Shown one piece after another: positions 49,580-59,344 of a stretch of 64,000 nucleotides of DNA. Origin of the DNA: Mobula hypostoma (taxonomy: Eukaryota). The DNA is taken from assembly GCF_963921235.1 (NCBI RefSeq), contig NC_086097.1, forward strand, positions 216,134,001 to 216,198,000, written 5' to 3'. The notes beneath the pieces were generated by a model. It was not told where the DNA came from. It ran no database searches and saw nothing but the letters and a program-made list of their open reading frames with translations. How positions within the stretch are numbered: position 1 is the stretch's first letter; each line of letters begins with the position of its first letter. The position numbers were made by a program, and so were the translations under genes.

Positions 49580-49980
49580 TTCCGAACTGGGTATTTGGAT
49601 ATTTGCCTGTTCAAGTGACTTTTTGCCCTACTCACCGCTGTGAACAACCAATCCAACTACATTTTAACCAGACACACCCCTCTTCTGAGGCGTAATGAGG
49701 TCACATTGGGATTGTTTGCAATGAGATTTCATAGACTTACTGGAAGTGGCTACAGCATTCTATGTTGTGCCATTCCAAGCACTGTTTTGTTGTGCACCAT
49801 ATAGTTCCAGACTTTGAAATGCACTGCATAATTCCACGCACTACTCTGTCATGGAATGATGGAAACGGGCACCCTGGAGGACATACAGTAAAAGGAAGAT
49901 GTCGGGGATAAGCCAATCAGACTGCAACCTCAGCAAACAGGAGCCTGATGCCTAGCAGCTCTGTAGATGATTTTCTAGAG
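49580..49980 (+). pseudogene. Possible decayed Harbinger (HARBI1-like) transposase C-terminal relic
   Basis: Patchy translation FNQTH...EVTLGLFAMRFHRLTGSG...ALHN resembles the YN..H...IE..IG.LK.RFRCL..SGG...LHN motif order. Confidence 0.4.
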
Positions 49981-50089
49981 CTGTTTTGAGGAAGTGTTTG
50001 ATGCTAGATTGTCCAGCCCCAGGACATCTACTTTTTCAGAAAATTCATTTTCCAAACACTCAAAAATTGTACCATCAATTAAATCAGTG

Positions 50090-50924
50090 TAGCATTGAAG
50101 GCAAAGTTTGTTTGATATTCGACGCCAAGCAAAGCTATTGGATGATTGATGCTAATGAGGGAGATAAGAAAGACAATGGAGAAACATTCAAAATGCTAAT
50201 AAGAGAGAAGAGAGGGATTAATGGAAAAGAAACACAATTCAGAATATTGGCAGACCGGTTGCTTTGAACCTGAACTGTTTGAAGTTTGATGGACAGGTGA
50301 TACCCCAGCAGGGGGATGAAAAGAGCAGGTTTGCTAAGGCACGCAACACACCACGAGACCACGAGACCCTGGAAAAAGCAGTATACCCCCACGTGGTGGG
50401 AGTTTGGAGGTCCGGTTCACAGGAACCGACCAGAGGCTCACAGGGTGTAAAGATACGATCGGTGGGAACCTGGGGTGTGTGTCCGCCCTTGCCTGGGTGC
50501 CGGGTTCACCGCGGAAGAACGATCGTATCTGGAACAGAGGGGTCACAGTCGGTGACCACAGCGGGGATTAGAAGACATAAAAGGGTCTGCCCGAAACCAA
50601 CTGTGAAGACATCAAAGATCTGCCAGAACCAAATTGCATCTCCCTCTTTCTCTCTCTCCAACGGTACAACAACAGCGATTACTGCAAACTGCACTAAACT
50701 AAACTGAACTCTGCTTCACTTAAGACTGCTCATTTTACCCCAAGACTGCGATAGAGCTTGGTTGATTCCTATTATCATTGCTAACCTGTTACATTGATAT
50801 CCTTATGATTAGAGTACTGTATTACTTATGTCTTTAATAAAACTTTATTAGTTCCTAGTAATCCAGATTCCAACGAGCGTTCCATTTCTGCTGGTTTGGC
50901 AACCCAGTTACGGGGTACATAACA
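50090..50924 (+). mobile_element. Probable solo LTR (5' boundary uncertain)
   Basis: CpG-richer non-coding block with AATAAA at ~50836 and terminus ...cagttacggggtacataaca (CA end). No TSD identified. Confidence 0.55.
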
Positions 50925-51786
50925 GATAAAATCAGCTGGCACCCTTATGCAGTCAAAGTGTTTCAGGAATGTTGCCGCGTTGAACATTTTAAATAAAGAG
51001 AAGAAAGGGTTCATGAAGTTGTTGCTGAGGTAAAGGATCAGTTAAGGTCTTACTGAATGGCAGAAGAGACCAAATGGTCTGCTCCTGCTTCTATATCCAT
51101 TGTCCTGAGAATAGATACAGACTCTCTCTCCTACGAACACCAAGCTGAAATTTACAATGCACTATTTGTCAGCCATTGCAGAAAAGGTTTACTTAGAAGC
51201 AAAGAATTAACTAAATGTCAATACCAGTAATTTCATTAAGAATTTGCAAAAAATAAATTAATAGTATTCTTGTTTGGGCACAGGCTGCATTCATTTTTGA
51301 AATCTAACATTTCAATTAATCTCAGAGACAGAACACCTTCACTGCAAGCCTCCCTTTACAAATCCTACTGGTCCTCAGCAAAGGTTCACTTAAGAACACT
51401 TGAAGTCAAGTATATTATGGATATTTAGGGTGAGGACAAAACAAACTTTTACAGTCTAGTTAATGATTCAGAGAAATACTTACGCAGCTCTGCAAATGAG
51501 CATCTATTTCACTTGATCAGTACATTCAGATCTTTTAGAAATCTCAGGCAAACCTCTCAGACTTTACAAATCATACTGAGATCATAATGTATAGCCACAA
51601 TCTGGCACATTTAGTCATCTGGAGCATACAACATTTAAACAGCCATCACTGCAAATGGATTCAGTGTACCTGGTTAAGTGAGGGTAAAAGGTGAGCAATT
51701 TAAATCAAGCACGAGTTGTACGATAACTTTAAAGGTCCAAAATGTTTGCTTAGCAAAGGACACCTAGCCAAACAATGAATCAATAT

Positions 51787-51970
51787 CAGACAGCCCACCT
51801 CTCCCGGAAGTTCCGGGAGTCTCCCGCATATTAATAGTGGCTCCCTGATACCCGCAAATTATATACAATATCACGGAAATCAATTTTTTTTGAGAGCGAG
51901 CGAGTGTGAGAAAGCAAGCGAGAGCGCGAGAGCAAGCAAGCGAGAACGACCATGAGAGAGAGAGAGCACG

Positions 51971-52030
<60 letters not shown>

Positions 52031-52379
52031 TGCGCCATGGCAGAGTGTTCCAAAAAAAATAAAATATAAAGCGTACGTCACCCCAGACTACACTAAAGTG
52101 CACCCCTGCCTAATAGGGGTCAAAAATAATGACAGTGTTTCTAGCTGCGCTGTTTGCAACAGTGACTTTTCTATTGCCCATGGTGGGTTAAGACTGTAAA
52201 AGACATGTTGAGGTGAGTTTAACAGGTGTCATTCGTTCATCAGCATAGCTAACGTTATTTAAACTAGCTGGCTAGCTGCTAAGGAGCTACTCTGTTGCAG
52301 ACATCCCACCTCTCCCGGAAGTCTCCCGCAAATTGATGGTGCTACCTCCCTGAAATCAGTTTTTGCAGGGTGGGATATG
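51787..52379 (+). mobile_element. hAT-derived non-autonomous element retaining a BED-finger-like first exon
   Basis: Imperfect TIRs cagacagcccacc / ggtgggatatg and flanks atcaatat / ggcaatat. Contains gcgccATGG at 52037, CAVCNSDFSIAHGG..DCKRH, and a gag|gtgagt donor at 52213. Confidence 0.65.
51953..52030 (+). repeat. (GA)n microsatellite
   Basis: Directly visible GA dinucleotide run. Confidence 0.95.
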
Positions 52380-52627
52380 GGCAATATACTCTCACCACTC
52401 CTGCCTTAGAATGTAGGTTTGGGAAACCTACCAATGCAGCATGGTGCCTCCCCTGAGGCTGTGCCAGATGATAGAAGGCTAACTTTCTTTTAGCTCTGTC
52501 CTCTCAGGACACTCAGATTGGCTTTGTTCCGCTTGGGCTGGCTCTAGATTAGAAGCTACCTATTGGTGAGCCTGCTGTTTGGGAGGTACGTAAGTCTGGG
52601 TGCAGTGATGAGAATGGTGCCTGTACT

Positions 52628-53665
52628 AGAGTCATAGAGGCTTAGAACACTACAGCACAGAAACAGGCCTTTCAGCCTATCTAGTCTGTACCAAACCATT
52701 AACCTGCCTGGTCCTATTGACCTGCACCAAGACCATAGACCTCCATACTTCTCCCATCCGTGTACTTAACCAAATTTCTCTTAAATATTGAAATTGAATC
52801 TGCACCCACCAATTGCATTAGCAACTCGTTCCACACTCTCACCACCCTCTGAGTGAAGATGTTCTGCTGAAACATTTCACCTTTCACCCTTAACCCATGA
52901 CCTCTAGTTATAATCTCACCTAATCTCAGTGGAAAAAGTCTGCTTGCATTTTCCCTAACTACACCACTCATAATTTTGTTACCTCAATCAAAATTCCCCA
53001 TCAAAACTTCTACATTCGTGGGAATAAAGATCTAACCTATTCAAACTTTTCCTATAACTCAGGTTTTCAAGTCTCAGCAACATCCTTGTAAATTTTCTCT
53101 GCACTCTTTCAATATTAATTTCTTGTAGATAAGTGACTAAAATTAGACACAAAATCCAAATTAAGCCTTATCAATGTCCTATAAAATTTCAACATAACAT
53201 CCCAACTTCTGTAGTCAATAAATTGATTTATGAAGGCCAATGTACCAAAACCTTTCTTTATGACCCTATACACCCGTGAGACCTCTTTCAAGAAATTATA
53301 GATCTGCATTCGCAGATCTCACTGTTCTACAGCACTCCTCAGTGGCTGATCACTCACCATGTAAGACTTACTCTGGTTGGTCCTCCCAAGTATAACACCT
53401 CACACTTGTCTGCATTAATTTCTATCTGCCATTTTTCAGCACATTCTTTCCAGCCGTCCCAGATCCAGCTGCATGCTTTGATAGTTTTCTTCTCTGTCCA
53501 CTACATCCCCAATCTTGGTGCCATCTGCAAATTTGCAGATCCAGTTTACTGAGTCTCGGCTCAAAACATCAACTGTACACTTTTCCATAGATGCTGCCTG
53601 GCCTATTGAGTTCCTCCAGCATTTTGTGTGTGTTACATGAACCCAGTGCCAATCCCTGCAGCACA
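52628..53665 (-). mobile_element. CR1 3' fragment with a PLE terminal piece at ~53551-53637 (plus strand)
   Basis: ORFs 52714, 53115 and 53436 (KFADGTKIG). The PLE piece reads gtctcggctcaaaacatcaactg...tgtgtgtgttac. Confidence 0.85.
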
Positions 53666-53859
53666 ACATTTAGCTCATTCACTTTATTCTTAATACTTCT
53701 TGCATTTATACTGGCTATCCTTGCTGATGCTTTTCATCCTATTTTGACCCAATTTTATATTTTTGAAGCTTATAATCAGTTTATGTCCTAATATGTTATT
53801 CTCCACTAAGGTGTTCAAACAGTTGATCTGGCTAGTTCTAAGTTCTCTGCCCCCCACGC

Positions 53860-54690
53860 CCTAGTTTAAATAGTCCTCCACTAACTGAAGCATATGCCTG
53901 GCCAGTACATTAGTGCTCCTCTGGTCCAAATACAATCCGTCCCGGCTGTACAAGTTCCATCTGCCCCTAAAGGCGCCCCAATCCCCCATAAACCTACACC
54001 ATGATTTGAGCTACCTGTTAAATCTTCTCATCTCCTCCACCTCACCTGGACTGGCACGTGGCACAGACAAACTTCCGAGACCACCTTCCCTAAGCCTCCC
54101 ACCTAACTCTTTAAATTTGTTTGGCAGAACTGACAGCCTGTCCTTACCTATGTCACTTGTTCTGATGTGGACAATGACTACTGGATCCACCCTGGCTCTG
54201 GCCAGGAGCTTATCTACTCATCCAGGGAGGTCTTCTATGTGTGCTCCTGCTAGGCAACACACCATATGAAACTCCTTGTCAGTACACACCTGATTGTCCA
54301 CCCCTCCCCACCCCCCTTATTGAGTCCCCTACTATCATTACTTCCTTTTCAGGTTTAGGATGAGAGAGGGTCCTGGGGGGCTGCTCCGACCTGTCTGCTA
54401 GTTCAGAGATTTCAGGGTCTTCATCAAGCATCACTAGATGTTCAAAATGGTTGGACATTCCCAACTCTAGGGATTGATACCCTGGACAGTATGCACCTCT
54501 TACCGTGAACTTCCTTCCCATGCTCACCCACCTGTCTCTTTCTTCCCAGTCTGGAGTCTCAATCTGCGGCAGTCTTGTGGTGCACACCATCTCCCTAAAG
54601 GACATCTGGAGCACATCTGCCAATCTCTCCAACATCGCAGGTTAGCTACCTCCTCCTCAAGTTCAGCCACCTTGTTCCCCCTGACATTTC
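53860..54690 (-). mobile_element. Decayed CR1 ORF1 (esterase) fragment
   Basis: MIVGDSIRG in ORF 54279-54635. Reverse-complement VHIRTSD and DGTC.LYSRDGLYL-like DNA at 53920-54170. Confidence 0.65.
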
Positions 54691-54829
54691 TTGCATATGA
54701 ACTCTCCAGGGGAATACTTTTCTGTGAATCAGAACATAAATAAAACTGATACTGCAGAGGAACTACTGAAAATTAAGTGAATGTAAAAGTAAACTACGAT
54801 TTATACTACTGTTCTAGATCTAGCATCAC

Positions 54830-55069
54830 ACTTTCTCTACTTGGAATTTCTGTGCACTGATTATGGAAACTTGACAAGTTCTTTCCCATCCAGCCCTTTT
54901 ACAGTATGGGAGTCCCAGTTAATATGTGGAAATTTAAAATTACCTGCTATCAAAACCTTATGTTTCTTGCAACGGTGTGCGTTCTCTCTTCAAATTTGCC
55001 CCTCTAATTCCTGCAGACTGTTGGATGGTCACATTAACGTGGTAGTATCTTTCTTTATTTCGAGTCTCA
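54830..55069 (-). mobile_element. Old CR1 endonuclease fragment, left part (continues at 63642-64000)
   Basis: On the minus strand, gacattgtagcttt|agtgagactcg (DIVAFSET) is reconstituted by removing 55070-63641. Confidence 0.7.
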
Positions 55070-55682
55070 CTGTACAAAAAGGATGGGTTGCGATTGAATC
55101 CCGGGGGGACCAATATCCTGGTGGGGAGGTTTGCTAAGGCTACTGGGGAGAGTGTGAACTAGAATTGTTGGGGGTTGCGAACCGAACTGAAGAGACTGGG
55201 GAAGAGGCAGTTGGCTCACAAATAGAAAAACCTTGGAGGCAGTGTGTGAGGGAGGATAGGCAGGTGATAGAGAAGGGTCCCGCTCAGATGGACAGTTTGA
55301 GATGTGTCTATTTTAACGCAAGGAGTATTGTGAACAAAGCGGAGGAGCTTAGAGCGTGGATCAGCACTTGGAGCTATGTTGTGGTGGACATTACAGAGAC
55401 TTGGATGGCTCAGGGACAGGAAAGGTTACTTCAAGTGCCAGGTTTCAGATACTTCAGAAAGGACAGGGAGGGAGGCAAAAGAGGTGGGGGCATGGCATTG
55501 TTGATCAGAGATAGTGTCACAGCTGCAGAAAAGGTGGACATCATGGAGGGATTGTCTACAGAGTCTCTATGGGTGGAGGTTAGGAACAGGAAGGGGTCAA
55601 TAACTTTACTGGGTGTTTTTTATAGGCTGCCCAATAGTAACAGGGATATCGAGAGGCAGCTAAGGAAACAGATCCTGGAAAG

Positions 55683-56806
55683 AACATAGAACATAGAACA
55701 TAGTACAGCACAGTACAGGCCCTTCGGCCCACAATGTTGTGCTGACCCTCAAACCCTGCCTCCCATATAAGCCCCAACCTTAAATTCCTCCATATACCTG
55801 TCTAGTAGTCTCTTAAACTTCACTAGTGTATCTGCCTTCACCACTGACTCAGACAGTGCATTCCACGCACCAACCACTCTCTGAGTAAAAAACCTTCCTC
55901 TAATATCCCCCTTGAACTTCCCACCCCTTACCTTAAAGCCATGTCCTCTTGGATTGAGCAGTGGTGCCCTGGGGAAGAGGTGCTGGCTATCCACTCTATC
56001 TATTCCTCTTATTATCTTGTACACCTCTATCATGTCTCCTCTCATTCTCCTTCTCTCCAAAGAGTAAAGCCCTAGCTCCCTTAATCTCTGATCATAATGC
56101 ATACTCTCTAAACCAGGCAGCATCCTGGTAAATCTCCTCTGTACCATTTCCAATGCTTCCACATCCTTCCTATAGTGAGGTGACCAGAACTGGACACAGT
56201 ACTCCAAGTGTGGCCTAACCAGAGTTTTATACAGCTGCATCATTACATCGCAACTCTTAAACTCTATCCCTCGACTTATGAAAGCTAACACCCCATAAGC
56301 TTTCTTAACTACCCTATCAACCTGTGAGGCAACTTTCAAGGATCTGTGGACATGTACCCTGAGATCCCTCTGCTCCTCCACACTACCAAGTATTCTGCCA
56401 TTTACTTTGTACTCCGCCTTGGAGTTTGTCCTTCCAAAGTGTACCACCTCACACTTTTCCGGGTTGAACTCCATCTGCCACTTCTCAGACCACTTCTGCA
56501 ACCTATCAATGTATCTCTTCAATCTTTGACAATCCTCTACACTATCTACAACACCACCAACCTTTGTGTCATCTGCAAACTTGCTAATCCACCCTTCTAC
56601 CCCCACATCCAGGTCGTTAATAAAAATCACGAAAAGTAGAGGTCCCAGAACAGATCCTTGTGGGACACCACTAGTCACAATCCTCCAATCTGAATGTACT
56701 CCCTCCACCACCACCCTCTGCCCTCTGCAGGCAAGCCAATTCTGAATCCACCTGGCCCAACTTCCCTGGATCCCATGCCTTCTGACTTTCTGAATAAGCC
56801 TACCGT
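55683..56806 (-). mobile_element. Young 5'-truncated CR1 insertion
   Basis: Uninterrupted ORF 55749-56714 ([15 protein letters not shown]) and an (aacatag)n 7-mer tail. Confidence 0.95.
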
Positions 56807-57175
56807 GTGTAATAACAAAAGAGTAGTTGTGATGGGAGATTTTAATTTCCCAAATATCAATTGGTATCTCCCTAAGGCAAGGGGTTTAGATGGTGTGGAG
56901 ATTGTTAGGTGTGTTCAGGAAGGTTTCTTGACATAATATGTAGATAAGCCTCCAAGAGGAGAGACAGTACTTGATTTGGTATTGGGAAATGAACCTGGTT
57001 AGGTGTCAGATCTCTCAGTGGGAGAGCATTTTGGAGATAGTGATCATAATTCTATCTCCCTTACAATAGCATTGGAGGGAGACAGGAACAGACAAGTTAG
57101 AAAGGCGCTTAATTTGAGTAAGGGGAATTATGAGGCCATCAGGCAGGAAATTGGAAACTTAAATTGGGAACAGAT

Positions 57176-59273
57176 AACTACAACAATTGTTCATCCCAGT
57201 TTGGCAAAAGAATAAATCAAGGAAGGTAGTGCACCCGTGGCTGACAAGAGAAATTAGGGATAGTATCAATTCCAAAGAAGTAGCATACAAATTAGCCAGA
57301 GAAAGTGGCTCACCTGAGGACTGGGAGAAATTCAGAGTTCAGCAGAGGAGGACAAAGGGCTTAATTAGGAAGGGGAAAAATGATTATGAGAGAAAACTGG
57401 CAGAGAACATAAAAACAGACTGTAAAAGTTTTTATAGATATGTAAAAAGGAAAAGACTGGTAAAGACAAATGTAGGTCCCCTGCAAACAGAAACAGGTGA
57501 ATTGATTATGGGGAGCAAGGACATGGCAGACCAATTGAATAATTACTTTGGTTCTGTCTTCACTAAGGAGGACATATATAATCTTCCAGAAATAGTAAGG
57601 GACAGAGGGTCCAGTGAGATGGAGGAACTGAGCGAAATACATGTTAGTAGGGAAGTGGTGTTAGGTAAATTGAAGGGATTGAAGGCAGATAAATCCCCAG
57701 GGCCAGATGGTCTGCATCCCAGAGTGCTTAAGGAAGTAGCCCAAGAAATAGTGGATGCATTAGTGATAATTTTTCAAAACTCGTTAGATTCTGGACTAGT
57801 TCCTGAGGATTGGAGGGTGGCTAATGTAACCCCACTTTTTAAAAAAGCAGGGAGAGAGAAACCGGGGAATTATAGGCCGGTTAGCCTAACGTCGGTGGTG
57901 GGGAAACTGCTGGAGTCAGTTATCAAGGATGTGATAACAGCACATTTGGAAAGCGGTGAAATGATCGGACAAAGTCAGCATGGATTTGTGAAAGGAAAAT
58001 CATGTCTGACGAAACTCATAGAATTTTTTGAGGATGTAACTAGTAGAGTGGATAGGGGAGAACCAGTGGATGTGGTACATTTGGATTTTCAAAAGGCTTT
58101 TGACAAGGTCCCACACAGGAGATTAGTGTGCAAACTTAAAGCACACGGTATTGGGGGTAAGGTATTGGTGTGGGTGGAGAATTGGTTAGCAGACAGGAAG
58201 CAAAGAGTGGGAATAAACGGGACCTTTTCAGAATGGCAGGCGGTGACTAGTGGGGTACAGCAAGGCTCAGTGCTGGGACCCCAGTTGTTTACAATATATA
58301 TTAATGACTTGGATGAGGGAATTAAATGCAGCATCTCCAAGTTTGCGGATGACACGAAGCTGGGTGGCAGTGTTAGCAGTGAGGAGGATGCTAAGAGGAT
58401 GCAGGGTGACTTGGATAGGTTGGGTGAGTGGGCAAACTCATGGCAGATGCAATTTAATGTGGATAAATGTGAAGTTATCCACTTTGGTGGCAAAAATAGG
58501 AAAACAGATTATTATCTGAATGGTGGCCGATTAGGAAAAGGGAAGGTGCAACGAGACCTGGGTGTCATTATACACCAGTCATTGAAAGTGGGCATGCAGG
58601 TACAGCAGGCGGTGAAAAAGGCGAACGGTATGCTAGCATTTATAGCGAGAGGATTCGAGTACAGGAGCAGGGAGGTACTACTGCAGTTGTACAAGGCCTT
58701 GGTGAGACCACACCTGGAGTATTGTGTGCAGTTTTGGTCCCCTAATCTGAGGAAAGACATCTTTGCCATAGAGGGAGTACAGAGAAGGTTCACCAGATTG
58801 ATTCCTGGGATGGCAGGACTTTCATATGAAGAAAGACTGGATGAACTGGGCTTGTACTCGTTGGAATTTAGAAGATTGAGGGGGGATCTGATTGAAACGT
58901 ATAAGATCCTAAAGGGATTGGACAGGCTAGATGCGGGAAGATTGTTCCCGATGTTGGGGAGGTCCAGAACGAGGGGTCACAGTTTGAGGATAGAGGGGAA
59001 GCCTTTTAGGACCGAGATTAGGAAAAACTTCTTCACACAGAGAGTGGTGAATCTGTGGAATTCTCTGCCACAGCAAACTGTTGAGGCCAGTTCATTAGCT
59101 ATGTTTAAAAGGAAGTTAGATATGGCCCTTGTGGCTACAGGGGTCAGGGGGTATGGAGGGAAGGCTGGGTTCTGAGTTGGATGATCAGCCATGATCATAA
59201 TAAATGGCGGTGCAGGCTCGAAGGGCCGAATGGCCTACTCCTGCACCTATTTTCTATGTTTCTATGTTTCTAT
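57176..59273 (+). mobile_element. Young 5'-truncated CR1 insertion (left arm of inverted pair)
   Basis: Open 662-aa frame and a (tttctatg)n tail. Confidence 0.95.
57187..59175 (+). CDS. CR1 ORF2 reverse transcriptase, open frame, lacks APE endonuclease
   Basis: NYRPVSLTS, LDFQKAFD, QGSVLGP, KFADDTK, RPHLEYCVQFW. Confidence 0.85.
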   Translation: MFIPVWQKNKSRKVVHPWLTREIRDSINSKEVAYKLARESGSPEDWEKFRVQQRRTKGLIRKGKNDYERKLAENIKTDCKSFYRYVKRKRLVKTNVGPLQTETGELIMGSKDMADQLNNYFGSVFTKEDIYNLPEIVRDRGSSEMEELSEIHVSREVVLGKLKGLKADKSPGPDGLHPRVLKEVAQEIVDALVIIFQNSLDSGLVPEDWRVANVTPLFKKAGREKPGNYRPVSLTSVVGKLLESVIKDVITAHLESGEMIGQSQHGFVKGKSCLTKLIEFFEDVTSRVDRGEPVDVVHLDFQKAFDKVPHRRLVCKLKAHGIGGKVLVWVENWLADRKQRVGINGTFSEWQAVTSGVQQGSVLGPQLFTIYINDLDEGIKCSISKFADDTKLGGSVSSEEDAKRMQGDLDRLGEWANSWQMQFNVDKCEVIHFGGKNRKTDYYLNGGRLGKGKVQRDLGVIIHQSLKVGMQVQQAVKKANGMLAFIARGFEYRSREVLLQLYKALVRPHLEYCVQFWSPNLRKDIFAIEGVQRRFTRLIPGMAGLSYEERLDELGLYSLEFRRLRGDLIETYKILKGLDRLDAGRLFPMLGRSRTRGHSLRIEGKPFRTEIRKNFFTQRVVNLWNSLPQQTVEASSLAMFKRKLDMALVATGVRGYGGKAGF

Positions 59274-59344
59274 ATTCTCAGGGAAAAGTACGGAAGAAAT
59301 GTGGCAAATGTTCAGGGAATATTTGTGTGGATTTCTGCATAGGC

